Positions 39,773 to 55,111 of a stretch of DNA of 64,000 bases are shown here, piece after piece. Position 1 is the first letter of the stretch, and the number at the start of each line of letters is the position of its first letter. The stretch is from NCBI GenBank assembly GCA_012295275.1, contig CM022671.1, positions 4,402,001 through 4,466,000 of the forward strand. The letters run 5' to 3'. The position numbers were made by a program, and so were the translations under genes. The notes below the pieces were generated by a model. That model worked only from the letters and a program-made list of their open reading frames with translations, was not told the DNA's origin and made no database searches. This stretch comes from Chrysomallon squamiferum (taxonomy: Eukaryota; Animalia; Mollusca).

Positions 39773-41679
39773 GGTTTCTAATTCGTATGTTACCTTAGAA
39801 ATGTTTTGATAATCCAGTATTATTCTTTAATCTATCATGAAGATTTTTTATTTTTATTATTTTTTTAATATCCATATTTTAATGACTCCTTGGTATAAAA
39901 AAAAAAATGTTTACAAATCCAGACTCAACAATTTTTGTTATTATTTTTTTTTAAAACGGTTATCAAACTGAAGCTCTAACGGCAACAATTCTTATATGAC
40001 GACTGTCTTTTGGGGAGGTTTTTTTTTTATTTATTTATTTTTTTTTTTAATGGATGTTTCAATGAAAAAAAAACACAACTGTGGGTTGAAGGTTTTGTGT
40101 TGGTCCATGGTTTAACGTGGAATCCTGATGAAGAACCGCGGTACGTTTTCGTGTGGGTGCGAATCTCCAGACTCCGTCTCAAGTTTGTTCTGAGCTGTCA
40201 TCATCTGTCACGCATCTAAATCAATGTCGAGCTGGTCATTTGATTCCTCGCTTACCACCTCATAGTAACATTCTGTGTTCTTCTTTTTATGTGTTTTTTA
40301 ATACAGTTTTTGTGATACAGTGAAATCAGGTTTTCTGGTAAAGCAGAAGAAGCAGGTTTTCTGTGGATTTCTAGAAAGTTTTTATTGGTAGATTAAAATC
40401 TGGTAAAAAAAGAATAAAATATCAAGTAATAACAGAATAGTTGACGATCCTTCAGCTTTTGGATTCATCTACGAATATTTTCATCTGTCCATTTTTATTT
40501 CCATTTTTTTATCCGTCAAATCCATCCACAATTTGTTATTATTGTTGTTGTTGTTGTTGTTGTTGTTACATTGACGTCGTATATGACTATTGACAAGGAC
40601 TACGCTGATAATAAAAATAAATCCTTGATAGAGATTTAGAGGCACATCAGTTTCCAGTCTGACAAATGTACAAAGAAAAATAAATTTATTTGATGTTAAT
40701 AACAAAAAGAGGAACAGGGAACTACTTTTAATATTTACCTTACTTATATTTTAGATGATTAAAATTTTTTATTTTTTTTTAAGCAATTACTGTGATACTA
40801 GTTAATAAAGAGTTTTGTGTCAAACGCGATCTTATATACTGCGTATCTCTGAAATATAAAAAAATGTATAACAGTTACAACAATTAGTACTTACGCTGCA
40901 TTAATACTTTTAGTACATATATACTGTGGGAACGAATTAAACTCGTAACCAACGTACCACTGTATTTAATGACACCAGCAACAACAGCAACAACAACAGC
41001 AACGACAACAAATACATAAAGAAAACAACCAAGAATTAATTTTGCTAATATTTGCTCTAAACATTGTTTCTTTTTAATTTTTTTTTTTAATTTTTTTTTT
41101 TTATTACATTGCATTGAAAAGTTATTATTTTAAAATGTTATGCAGCTAGAATGTATCTGCGTGTGTGCGTGTACGTAAAACCCTCCTGAGTGTTATAATA
41201 TACAAATGTAACAAAAATATCGGTCAGCTCTTAAATTTGTATTATCTTTTCTTTTCTTGCCGAATGTCATTTTATTTCTTTTTATATAATATTTTCTGTT
41301 TGCTAGAAATGATAAACAGATTCAGGATTATCTTTGGATCGCTGGTCGATCGTTTTGTGAAATTTTAATATTTTTTCTTTAATCTTCTGTAAAGAAAATC
41401 TGAAAGTTTGGTCAAAAGTAAATATTAAAATTTCATAACAATGGAAACAACTGAGCAAATATTGAATAATAAAGAAAAATGTTTTGAGAGAAACAGAGAG
41501 AGAGAAACAGTTAAAACGAGAGATAGAGAGAAAGAAGGAGAGTAATAATAAGAGATACATAGTGATACATAGATAAAGAAAAGAGCGAAGAAGAGAGAGA
41601 TAGAAAGAACAAAAGTAAGACAGAAGAAAGAGAAAGAAGAAAAAAAAAAGAGGAACATTAAAGAAGAGATGAGAAGAGA

Positions 41680-42405
<726 letters not shown>

Positions 42406-42558
42406 AAGTAAAAATTCAAGTTCACAAAAAGTATTTGTTTACAAGAAAAGTTTATAAAGATTTCAGGTTTTGAAAACAAAATGAAAATAAAAAACTTTTT
42501 CTAATCTTAAAATGGTTTTGTTTCAGTCATGTATGATTTAGGATTATTAGAAGTCATG

Positions 42559-42610
<52 letters not shown>

Positions 42611-42957
42611 TCTTTTCTGTCTGTCTTTTTGTATTTAAGTTTCTCTCTATCACTACTCTGAAATACCAAGGTTATTTAACAAGCCAACTCTTCACTCAGT
42701 GCAATATAGTTTTTTTTTAAATATTCAGCTTAAATATTTTTCAGGAGAAACAAAATATTTTTCACTATTTACAAAAAATTCTAAGTTAAAACTAAAAAAA
42801 ATGGAATGTATTTTAAAACGAAAAGAAGAAGATAAACAACAACAATGAAAACGTTTTCCAACTGAATAAAGATAGATATCTAGATAGATGTGTAGATAGA
42901 TAGATATGTAGATAGACATATGTGTAGATAGGTACACTTGTAGAAAAAGTCAGTGAA

Positions 42958-42993
<36 letters not shown>

Positions 42994-43384
42994 AATTATA
43001 GCGTATTATTTCAAAAATTTCTAAAACTACGTAAATAAGTAAACAAATGTATTCATACGAAGGAATTTTACTCATTAAGTTTATTTGTAAAAGTTCTTAG
43101 CGTTCTTTCTAATGTTGATCAATGACGTCATCGGACAAAATCAAGAAAAAAATACTTCTTTAAATATAGACAACAAATAAACAAACACATGAAAGAAAAC
43201 ACAATTTGATGCACTAACGTTGAAAGAATCTGTGAAGAAAGGAGAAGCTTAAGAACCAGTAAAGAATATGTTTGAGAATCTGTAACCTTTAATACTGAAA
43301 TGTATTAAGATGCCTTTTTAAAACATTCGTCATTCATTCATTGATCCAGTCATTCGTTCATTTGTTCATTCAGTCGTTCGTTCA

Positions 43385-43520
43385 TTCATCCATTATTTCA
43401 TTCATTGGTTCTTTCATTCGTCCATTATTTCATTCATTGGTTCTTTCATTCATCCATTATTTCATTCATTGGTTCTTTCATTTATTCATTATTTCATTCA
43501 TTGGTTCTTTCATTCATCAA
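43385..43520 (+). repeat. 32-bp minisatellite x4 within a (TTCA)n-derived tract
   Basis: GGTT landmarks at 43407, 43439, 43471 and 43503. Confidence 0.88.
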
Positions 43521-45128
43521 GTCATTAATTCCTTCGTTCATTCATTCATTCGTTCGATAATTCATCTTTCACTTCATTCATTGATTCATTTGCTATCTAA
43601 TTCTTTGTTTTGTCCCTTCGTCGATGTTTTTTTTAATCATTTGTTTTTGTTTATTTTAATTTATATTTGCTTTATTCAATTTTGCGATCCATCCACCTAT
43701 ATTTTAATCAGTCCATTGTATTTCCATTTTCACTAGTTTCATTCATTTGTTGATCCGTCAGATCCATCCATTATCTATCCATTCATTCATCCATCCATCC
43801 CTCTATCCGTCCATCTATCCATCTACCCAGATCTTTTTTTTTTTTTTTTTTTCCATTCACATGCACGAAACCACGTCTGTTATAAATATTTCTTTATTCA
43901 AGAAAAGCTCAAAGATTTAAAACAAATCCACTCTTTCTCTCTCTCGCTTAAAACCTGTCTTCAAAAGACGAAACAGAACATTTCAGCCAAACGAAAAACA
44001 AAAACATTCCTCCCCCGTGATTCTTGCGTTTACATAATCATAATCTACAGCGTACTGCCAGTTTTTCAAAGCTTGTGTTTTTGTAAGGGTTTAGACTTAT
44101 TAATGGATGTTGTAGATTTGGCGAAAGAGGTGTGTAATTATGTGTTTGTAGTTTTGTCAAATGACGTAAAAGTTCAGGAGATAATTGTTAGAAAAATACA
44201 GATTTGTTAGCTTTTGAGATTCATGTATTAAATGATTATAACTAAAAGTATGTTATAATATTCTGAGAACTGGGTAGCAGTGTTGCTGATGTTGATGATA
44301 TGATGATGATGATGATAATAATAATAGTAATAATAAAATAATAATGATAATAAAACAATTAAGAACCAAAAAGAACATAAAAAAAACAATAAACTAGCAA
44401 CAAGAACAAATAGAATAATGATGATGATGATGATGATGATGATGATAATTATGATAGTAATGATAATAATAAAACTAATGATGATAGTGATGATAATGAT
44501 AATGAAAATAAAAATAATAACAATAATAATAATTATAATAATGAACAACGACACTGGTTAGATTAGTTAGTAAACGGACACTGAAAATACAAACAAAAAC
44601 ACCAAAATAATAATTCACATATATTAAAACACAACAACGACAACAACGACCTAAACAACGACAACAACAAAAGCTTTTATTTTCACCACAGTTTTACAAT
44701 GTTCCATTTGAGGACTGGGGACAAACGTACTAACAGACACACAGGTGTTTCAAGTACATTTTAACAGATCTGTTTCAGAAACACGTAAATCTATATCTTG
44801 TATTGGGGTTTCTCCTCTAGTATTTAAAGAGGCAGGCTGGTTCATTGGCACGTCGTGGGCGACGTGGCATTCCTGTGCCGTCGTCGTAGCTGTACTTCGA
44901 TTAAGCGCATAAGAAAGATGGAAAAAAAAAGAAAAAAACAAGAAGGAATTTGTGTAATTTACAAAGTAAAAAATGTTAACGTTAATGAAATTTAAATATT
45001 TTTTTCTTATGTTAAGAGATGTTTCGGAAATGATGTATATTTAGAAGGAAAAAACATTTTGAGTAATAGAAATTAGAGCAAAAATAATAGCTACAAGATT
45101 AACAACCATTACTGTTTCGTTTTCTACG

Positions 45129-45165
<37 letters not shown>

Positions 45166-45357
45166 TTATAATTACTGCTATTTTCGGTACTGTTACAGCG
45201 GCTACAACTAGTAATGATAATCAGTAGCAACTGCAACAACAAAACGACAAGAAAATAAAAATAAGTAAATATATATATAATAATAAATAATTTATTTTGA
45301 GAGATCAAAATAAAACAACAACAACAATAATGATAATGACGATGATGAAATAATAAA

Positions 45358-45402
<45 letters not shown>

Positions 45403-46723
45403 TGTTTTTATATATATATATATTTAGAATATATTTATTTTGAGAAATATAAAGAAACACAAACTGTATTATTATGGGTTTTTTTGTTGCTTTTGTAAAT
45501 AAAATTTTAAAATATCATCGGTTCTAGAAATAATTTAATAAATTTGAAATATCAATGCTTTTTTTTTTTCGTTAAATATTCCACGACTGAAATATTATTG
45601 TTTTTGGGTGAAAACGTAAAAACTAAGAACAATTTCAAAATCACGGTACAGTACAGTATCCTTGGTCAAAATAAAAAGAACACAAAAATATATTTTCAGT
45701 TCAAATTTTACCTAATTGATAAGGTAAATGTAAACACCTGCATGCTAATCCTTTTCGACCTTCGACATTTAAATATTTAAATTATGGCACGCAGATATCA
45801 ATTTCATACAAATTTCCCAAAAGCACTGAATATGCAGCATTCTGACGGAATATGAGTAACATTATATGACCGCTAGATGAATATTTGTACAATATTTCAA
45901 AGCAATAATTATATCAACACAGTCACTTTGAATTCATTTGCATGTTGTTATAACTTTCTTTCTCAGCAGTTTTGTTCGTGCATTTTGTCAGTTTCATGTT
46001 TGTATAACTTGTCATTTTTTGGCACATTTGTCGCGAATATTGAATGTGTAATATTTTGGCTTTTACGTAACGGAGAATTTTAACCTTAACCTTGAAAATG
46101 TGGTTGAAATTTTGTGGAAAACTCGAATATGATCGTAAATTTTGGATATGCATGTCTGGATTTTGTTTCATAGACCTAAAAGATGGATTTTATTTTTATT
46201 TTTTTATTTTTTATTTTTTTATTTATTTTTTTTTATATTTATGTGTGTTTTGGAACATAATTTTTGTAATTTTTCTTATTTTGTAATATGAATATTATGA
46301 GAAAATTCTACAGTTTTGCAATTGTTGGTAAATTATTTTATTATTATTAATTTTTTTTAATTGACAACTGAATATAAATATTTTTTTAGATTTTAATATG
46401 TTTTTATTGTTTGGTATTTATATATATAACAATTGAATGTAATTTAATTTTGTAAAAACTTCATTACAAATAATTAAATATTCATTCAAGTTCGAATAAT
46501 TAATTTTAGAAATAATTCGTATACAAACATTTGACTACAAATATTATCATTTTCAAATTCATTATCAGCTGAATGTCATAAAAATTTCATTATTCAAAAT
46601 TTCAAACAAATATTATCATTTTCAACTTAATCATTACATCCCTACAATTTTCGTATATTTAAAAATTTAAAAAAAATTTAACATCAAGACAATTTCTAAA
46701 AATATTTCTTTATTACGAACCCG

Positions 46724-46754
<31 letters not shown>

Positions 46755-48231
46755 AAATAATAATAATAATAATTTTAAAATTCAACAACACAGCAATACT
46801 AATAATATTTCCATTAATAATATTTAAATATCCTAAAAAACCTGCATGATCCGTTAATTTATCTTTTATTTTTGTTCTCCAAATTTAACCTTGCACAGTG
46901 CATTGTTGGCGTAAAACCAATTTGAATAGAATTAGCGATAATTAAACTGAAAATTCTCATCTTTGAACAAACTGTCATCTCTCTCAGCGAGCAGCATGTT
47001 CCTGACCTTGGGCTGCAGATTTACCAATATGCTTCCTCAATTTTAATTAGAATTAGACACGATCAATCAATATTCAGAGCAAAGTGAGAAGAAAAAATAT
47101 GAAAACAGGAATGTTTGAGTTCTGCTCAGAGCATAAACACAGAGACGAACAGAAACAAGAGATGGATGTTGTTTGAAAGAAAAAAAAAGGAGAAAGGGAA
47201 AAGATATTAATGAAAAAAAAAATAATAAAAAAAAAAAAAAATAAATAAATAAAAATAATAATAATAATAAATAAATAAAGAAAAAAGTCAGTAAAGAAAA
47301 TTTATTTATATTTGTGTTTGTGCAAATATGTATTGTGTGTCTATATATGTATATATATATATATATGTATGTATGTATGTGTGTTATATATTTATGTTTA
47401 TATGTTTGTATGTATGTATGTACATTTTTGTATATAATATGTTTGTATGTATGTCGTTTATTTGTGTGAGTATGGGTTTATGTGTTAGTGCGTGTGTGTG
47501 TCTCAACGTTTTCTTCAAAAGACTCAGTTTAGTTTTCTTTTGTTTCTAAAATGAGTAAATGTCATAAAACTATAATGAAATGAATTGTAGAAATATTACA
47601 CAGAACTTCCATGTACACTATTTTACATATAGACTGAATTTATTTATTTAATAAGGACTACAGTATATAAATTATTGATTGCTTAAAAAAATACGCTACA
47701 ACAACAACAAAAACAACAACAACAACAACAACAATAATAATAATCATAATAATAATAATAATAATAATGGTTTAGAAAATAAAATAAATAGAACAAGAAA
47801 TACAAAAATATAAAATAAATATAAAATAAATAAATAAATAAATAAATCTTTATATATATACACACACGCATACACACACACGCATATAAATATTAAGTTC
47901 TTTCTTAATACATTTATATGCCAATACATATATATGTGTGTATATATATATACATATATTTTATAACCAAATCTCTTAATAAAAAATAAAAAACGTCACG
48001 TGATGTGTAACTAAGATTTAAGATTTGTTTTTTTTTTTGTTCTAACGACGTCACCAAGCAACTCCAACCTCAGACTTGAATCGAAGATGAAGAAAAAAAA
48101 AAAAAAAAAAAAAAAAAAAACGTGAGGGTTGTTTGCCAAGCTTTGTGTTTGCCTGAAGAAAACCGTAAGTGGCTAAATCGAAGACAAATATGTGAACGAC
48201 GAATGGAATTGCTCCCTCGGAGGCTGCGTGG

Positions 48232-48285
48232 TTTTTCGCGACTATATAAAAGCAGGCAAGAGAGAGAGACGGGACATCATTTGAG
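48232..48285 (+). promoter_or_regulatory. TATA-box core promoter of the chitin deacetylase gene
   Basis: TATATAAAAG at 48243-48252 and Inr-like CATCATTT about 30 bp downstream; the TATA box is ~190 bp before ATG 48432. Confidence 0.75.
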
Positions 48286-48431
48286 ACGAGGATCTCAAAC
48301 CAGCAGTTTGACTTGCAGTCTTAGTGAAATCTTCTCACTGTGACTTCTAACTCTCTCTCTTTTTTCTGTTCCCGAGAGTGTTTTCTGGACATTTTACTTT
48401 GTTGCGTGTTCAAGATACGACAACGACGATA

Positions 48432-49311
48432 ATGTTGCAGCTTTTAGTGTCTCTCTGTCTTGTTGGTTTCGCCTCGGCTGCAGTCCGACTGGACGAAACG
48501 TGCAGTGACCACGGTCAGTTCGCGTGTCACAAGCGTGACCCCACGGCATTCACGCGCTGTCTGGAAGGTCAGCTGTACGAGTTCTACTGTCCAGACGGGC
48601 TTCACTTCAACACCCAGACGCAAACCTGCGACTGGCCCGAATCGGCTGATTGCACGTACATCCTCAGTTCGTCATCATCATCATCATCATCTTCATCATC
48701 TGTAGGAGGAACATCGTCTGTCTCAGAAGCTGCTTCTAAAGGCAAGATAAGCAACATTGTGCAGAAAGTCGCTGGAAGCAAATCGAATAAGTATCCTTGG
48801 TGGAGGCCGAAGAATGTTGACCCTTCCTCGTGGGAGGACACGAGCAACTTGCTGGACACTTCTGGCTCAAGGAGCGGTGGACCCAAAGTGCACGGACACA
48901 GTCACGAGAACCTCGCACGAGAATCTTCGGGATCGGGGTCTTCTTCTCAGACGTCGGGAGAATCCGATTCGTCAAGATCGTGGAACTCCGGCGAATCCGG
49001 CGGCTCTTCGGGTGGTTCCGGCGGCTCTTCGGGTGGTTCCGCCGCCAGCACCGGGGGTTCCAGCTCTGGAGGATCGTCGACGGGCGGGTCTTCTGCGGGT
49101 GGCTCCTGGGAGTCGTCTGCTGAGGAGAATCAGTCGTCTGGAACGGATTCGTCCGAACGTAGGTCCGGATCGTCGAGTTCTGAAAACGAGGGTCTGTCTG
49201 AGAGCGCGTCTGGCAGTCAGCCACAGGGACATCGCCACCCCCACGGGACAGCAATCAGCTCGTCAGCAGACCGTAGACCGGACTTCGGGAGCATCCCGTG
49301 GAAATCTGGAG
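48432..49311 (+). CDS. Chitin deacetylase-like protein, exon 1: signal peptide, CBM14 (peritrophin-A) domain, Ser/Gly-rich linker
   Basis: Signal peptide MLQLLVSLCLVGFASA. The 6-Cys domain at 48501-48653 ends CPDGLHFNTQTQTCDWPESADC (CBM14 signature). Donor G|GTAGGA at 49312 (phase 1). Confidence 0.9.
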
Positions 49312-49574
49312 GTAGGATTGATTTATATTTATTTATATCATTTTTATTATTTTTTTATTTTTTTTTTTTACTCTTTTTACGGTTAATATATAAATAGAAT
49401 TTTATATTTAATATAAAAAGGTAAGTACATTTTATTACAGTTTTAACAGTTCCTAAATAATTTAGTAAAAATCCTTAATTTTTTGAATACAGAAGATACA
49501 AATGGGGAAAAAAAAAAAAAAAAAAAAAAAATACCTAAATCTAACAGAAATTTATCATTATTTAAAAAATTCAT

Positions 49575-49700
49575 AACAATTATCTAAGTCATAAAATATA
49601 GAATTAATCTAGTAAGTTATTAGTAGATACTAAAATTTTAAAAATTCCTAACAGTTATCTAAGTCATAAAATGTGGAATTAATCTAGTAAGTTATTAAAT
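49575..49700 (+). repeat. ~50-bp direct duplication in the deacetylase intron
   Basis: TAACA(A/G)TTATCTAAGTCATAAAAT(ATA/GTG)GAATTAATCTAGTAAGTTATTA occurs twice, about 75 bp apart. Confidence 0.85.
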
Positions 49701-50698
49701 TAGTAAAATATGGCGGCTTAGTAAAACATGTGTATATAGTGTTTTCTGTATGATAAAAAAAATTAGACTCAGGTAATGATGAGATTAAAATAAGCCGTGA
49801 TGTAGAATACAGAAAATTCTAGTGATTAAAAAAAAAAATGAGTTGATTTCTGTATATTGCAATATATGAAAAAAGTAATTTTAGCATTCGTGATCTTAAT
49901 AAATACAATAAATAAAATAAAATAAAATAAAATAAAATAAAATAAAATAAAATAAAATAAAATAAAATAAAATAAATAAATAAATAAATAAATTATCTTG
50001 TTACTTTTACATTTCTTACACAGATGGGATATACTGCATTAGATGATAGATAAAATAGATTTTATATTTGTTACATAAATATATACATAAGTTTTTAAAT
50101 TGTGAATAGCTCATATATAAGAAAACATGATTATCTTATAATTGGGGTTTAACTGAAAACTACAAAGGGAATAATACCGCAGTGTTTTATACATTAAGAA
50201 GAAATTTATTTTATTGCTAGACAATTTAGCAAGAAAACAAAACGTTTTATTTTTACTTAAAAACACTAACGAAAGTATTCTTGCCAAGCTAGACATACCT
50301 GATATAAATTATTAATTCAAAATAATATAATAACTGTTATTTTAATGCTGTCTATTTATTAGTTATAATCCTTGAAATTTTGGCTATTAATCTATATTTT
50401 CAGTCTAAAAAAGCACGCAGCATATTTAACTCACATAAACACATATTATTTATTTCTGTCTTTGTTTAAAAGCTTTTTGTGATGATAGAATATAATAAAA
50501 TAAAAATGTGAAGACATTTTTTTTTACAAATACATTAAAGTTAAAAACAAGATTATTAACTATTTTGAAAAACAAATGAAAAAAGGTTGTAGAGTAAATA
50601 TAACAAAAAGTTAAAAAAAAAAAAAAAAAAAAAAAATGAAACATAATAAAAAAAGAGATGATTTTAAAAAAAAAAACAAATGAAAAACGATGATGATG

Positions 50699-50761
<63 letters not shown>

Positions 50762-51441
50762 CCCCAAATAAAACAACAACATAAACTAATATATATATAT
50801 ATATATATAAAAACAAAAATGTAAAATAATTTCTTTGATAAAATTTTAAAAAGAATTAAAACAAGAAATAAACGCGAATCTACTTTAATACTTGAAGAAA
50901 CTAAAAGTACTTTAATTAAAAATAAAATATTTCCCCAGAATGCAGCTGTAAAATCTATCATTTATCAGCTAGACTGAAAACAAATATCTCAAGGATTGTA
51001 AATAATTATACAGATGAATAATAAAACAATCTACAATTTGCCAGATTAAACGCACAAACAATTTTTCCACCTCGGATATCGATCTTTTAAACAAACTACA
51101 AAAAAAATCTGACGTCAAATTTTTCAGCCAATCCGCTACGGCGTTATATTAGTCGTAACGAACCAATGAAAATGGCGCTCTGTCAAATGAAAGTTACATG
51201 TTTAAACATTGGCTGGTTGGCGTAGAATGATAGAAATTCAGCTGATTTCTTTGCCAAGTGCGTGCAGTGAAATAGACAAGATGCTAGCAATGTGAAATAA
51301 ACATGACTAAAATTCCTAAAGGTTTTCTTTCGAGTTTAAATTTTTAAATGTTAAAAAACATTCTACACGTAAAATTGGAAGTTTAAAATTTAAAATTTGA
51401 ATTTTAAATAATGATGATGATGATGATGATGATAATAATAA

Positions 51442-51472
<31 letters not shown>

Positions 51473-52133
51473 AATAATAATAATAACAAATAATAAAGTG
51501 ATATTAAAAATAAAAATCGAAATCACAAAATCAAACAGACAAAAAATGCCCTTTTATTAAACAGCAGATATCAAATAAATAAATAAATAAGAAGAAGAAG
51601 AAGAAAAAAAATCTAAAAAAAAAAAAATAAAAAAAAAAAAAAAAAAAAAAAAAAAGAGAGTGAGAGAGAAGCAACAGTTTGACCTAAAATAAAATAAAAT
51701 AAAATAAAATAAACAATTCGCTTAAATACAATTTTTGAACATAATTAATTTTATAACAACAATGACATATATTCTAGTAAACAGGAAACATTTGAATGTT
51801 TCCACTAGAGAGGAAACCCATCGACAAAACTGAAGTGTAATCAAATATACTGGTTCTTTCAACGTATGTCTGACGTAATCATATTGTTTTGCGCTCAGGA
51901 AATTTAACATGCTTCAAGGAAAAGCCCACAGATTAAATTTACTTCCACACGTACTCATAACACAATTATATTTACACTACAATTTATTTGTTCCATGTCA
52001 GATGTACATAAGTGTTCTATGTATTTGTTATGCAAATAGTTTGATTCGAAATGTATGTAGGAAATTGCAGTGTTTATTGTAAAATACATTAATTACATAG
52101 ACAGAGTCCTATGTATATTTAACAACAGGAACT

Positions 52134-52201
<68 letters not shown>

Positions 52202-52204
52202 CCT

Positions 52205-52251
<47 letters not shown>

Positions 52252-52768
52252 ACCTCCCTCCCTCTCTCTCTCCCTCCCTTCCTCTCTAACAGTGATCACA
52301 GTAGAAAATAATCTTTCTGTATCTACACAGACTGTTCTAAATTCGATAACACAAACTTCAAATTAATTCCTTTACGTGATAAAAGAAAATCCGGGCAAAC
52401 ATTAACATTAATTTTTAAATATTTGTTGTCTGTATCCTTCGCTTTACTGCACAGAAACCCAGCGATACCAGAACACTTAACTGACGTAAGCCAATATGTA
52501 AAGATTCTTTTTACTTCTAGTTCGGACATGAAGCTCGGCGGCTGTAAAGTTTCTCCCACGACTGGCGTGCTTGTACCTCGTGTAGATAAGAAGGTTGACA
52601 GAGTTGTCATAAAAGTTTAGAGTAACATGTGTCTTTAGCAACCTTAGCCTGCAGCCTAAATATTTTTTCTTCTAGTTTTCTGAGAGGTTAATTTTTTTTT
52701 TAAAGTTATGTATATATATTTCTTGTAGAACTAGTAAGTAGCCTAAATATATAATTTGATAATTGAAA

Positions 52769-52809
<41 letters not shown>

Positions 52810-52973
52810 TAATAAAAATGGTACTGGTTATCAATCTTTGTTAATAATTAAGTCGCATAGAAATAACAAGTTATTGGGTTTAATTGTCATTGGTTTGTAG
52901 ATTTTTGTGACTACTTTAAAATAAAAGTTTATAATATGAAAAATTTAAAATAAATTTTTAAATAAATAAAAAT

Positions 52974-53004
<31 letters not shown>

Positions 53005-53810
53005 ATAAATAAAATAAAATAAAATAAAATAAAATAACAATTCTATTTAACTGAGATATATATATATATAATATAAAACTATTCCCTCAACCTTTTCGAC
53101 CTCAAGCGCTCAGTCACGTAAGTAACGTACGTGACGTATTGTTTAATGACGTAGAAATTGTTTTATTTGCACGCGCAAGCAGATCACGTGTTTATTCAGA
53201 CACGCCATTGTTTCAAAGCGACGTTCTTGCATCAACTAAACCACGGTTTTCCCGAAATAGAAAATTAAATAAATAGCGAACGTATCAACTTAAAAAAAAA
53301 ACACAACAAAAAAAAAAAAAAAGTTTACGTTCGGTATTAAATAAACTGTTTACGTCCTTCGCGGCATGTATGTCAATAGGTTCAACAACAGCTACGACAA
53401 CATCTGTCCGAGGGGTGCAAATATGTTACTTTACATTCCAGTGTACGTCAGAAGTAAAGAAATGAAATCGTGTTGTAAGAAAGTAGACATTTTGTTTCTG
53501 TATGTGAAAAAATGTTTGGGTCTGTTTTATAGAAAATTAAAAAAAAAAAAAAAAAAAAAAAAATTCAATGTCAAATTAAAACTAAATATATTGATTAATG
53601 AAAAATAGCTGAGTTCATTTAATCATTTACTTTAGCGGTTCTTATTTAAAAAAAATTTCATTCAGAAATCACTTAAAAAATAAAAAATCGTCAATATTTT
53701 GTTATTTCATTTTTAAAAAAACATTTCTATAACATACAGCCATGACAGTTTGTTCATTCAGTGCTTTGGCAGAATTCGTCTTTTTTGTATTATTATTATT
53801 ATTATTGTTG

Positions 53811-53844
<34 letters not shown>

Positions 53845-54975
53845 TACAATTCTGTTACTGTTTGAAAAATATATACATTTATGTAATTTAGTTATAAAAA
53901 TAAATGAAATTACAACAGAAAAAATGAAAATCATTTTATATAATTTTTTATTCAGTTCTTTTGTCATATTGTGGGTTTCAGATCATATTTAGAAACACTT
54001 TGAGAGATGAATTCAAATTTAGAAAATGCTACAAAATGGCCGCAAACCAAAAAATACGAAACAGGTAGATAGATAAAAATACAATGAAATGAAATGAAAC
54101 AGTTTGCTAAAAATAGCAACATCTTTCAAATCACGTATAACAGATATTCCCAGTGATGTTTTTACCAAGAAGAAAAACTCGTTAATAAATATTTTAATTG
54201 TTAATAACAGCTGATTAAATATTTTACATTAATCTTCTTAATCCAATAATCCTTTCCAAAACGCATACAAATTTAACCTTGAATTAATCGCCATTATAAT
54301 TTAAATATTTTAGATTTTTTGTATTTATAATTTTTAATAAAAGCAAACATTTAACAAGTTTTTGTTGTTTTTTCAATATCAAAATATTAATTTTCTACAC
54401 TTTGGCATGTCATGTCGTCTTAATATTTACCCAAACATTGTTTTCACTGACAAGTGACTATTTATCCGGGATCCGTCTTTTACACGTCTTCTGCTTGCAC
54501 GTTCGTTTGGTTACAGTCTCGATATTTATTGACGTCACACTGATTTTAGGTCATCGAGGTTTGGTCAAACAGATGCGTGATCACCAAGGTTTTCTATCTC
54601 GTTAGATTAAACAGTCCTTTTTTTTTTTCTTGAAACATCACCGAAATAAATTTATCTGAGATTCACAGAAATAACAAACAGACACAATAATTTGTATAAC
54701 AAAGAGAATGATTACTGTTTATTGAATCCATGGCCGAAATTGTTTTTAACTAGGACAAATGTAACTAGGGCTATGTAATGAGGGTAAGCGTACTCTTAGG
54801 GTGAAACTAGGTAGTATAAGTGTAATAGAAGGGTAGAGCTAGTCAGGGAAAGTATAGCCAGGGTAAAAGAACAGCAGGAATAGGAATAATGGTTAAAACG
54901 TGTCCATCGTCCTAAGGAAGCCCTTAGTTATTCGTCCAGTAGTAAATATTCTCTATTCCAAATCTGATAGTGTAT

Positions 54976-55035
54976 ATCTGATAACATAGGGAAATCTGAT
55001 AACATAGGGAAAATCTGATAACATAGGGAAAATCT
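54976..55035 (+). repeat. ~18-19-bp tandem repeat x3 (ATCTGATAACATAGGGAA[A])
   Basis: Directly visible about 80 bp upstream of the exon 2 acceptor. Confidence 0.9.
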
Positions 55036-55111
55036 AAACGTTTAAACCTAATTCTGATATATGCTGTGTTTCGTTAACAAACAAACCTAATCTGTTGTTT
55101 TTACGTTCCAG

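Noticed and set aside
48378-48431. GTG start and N-terminal extension given in the ORF track, plus the hydrophobic tail after 49311
   Set aside because: ATG 48432 begins a clean signal peptide. The hydrophobic tail is read-through into T-rich intron sequence past the donor.
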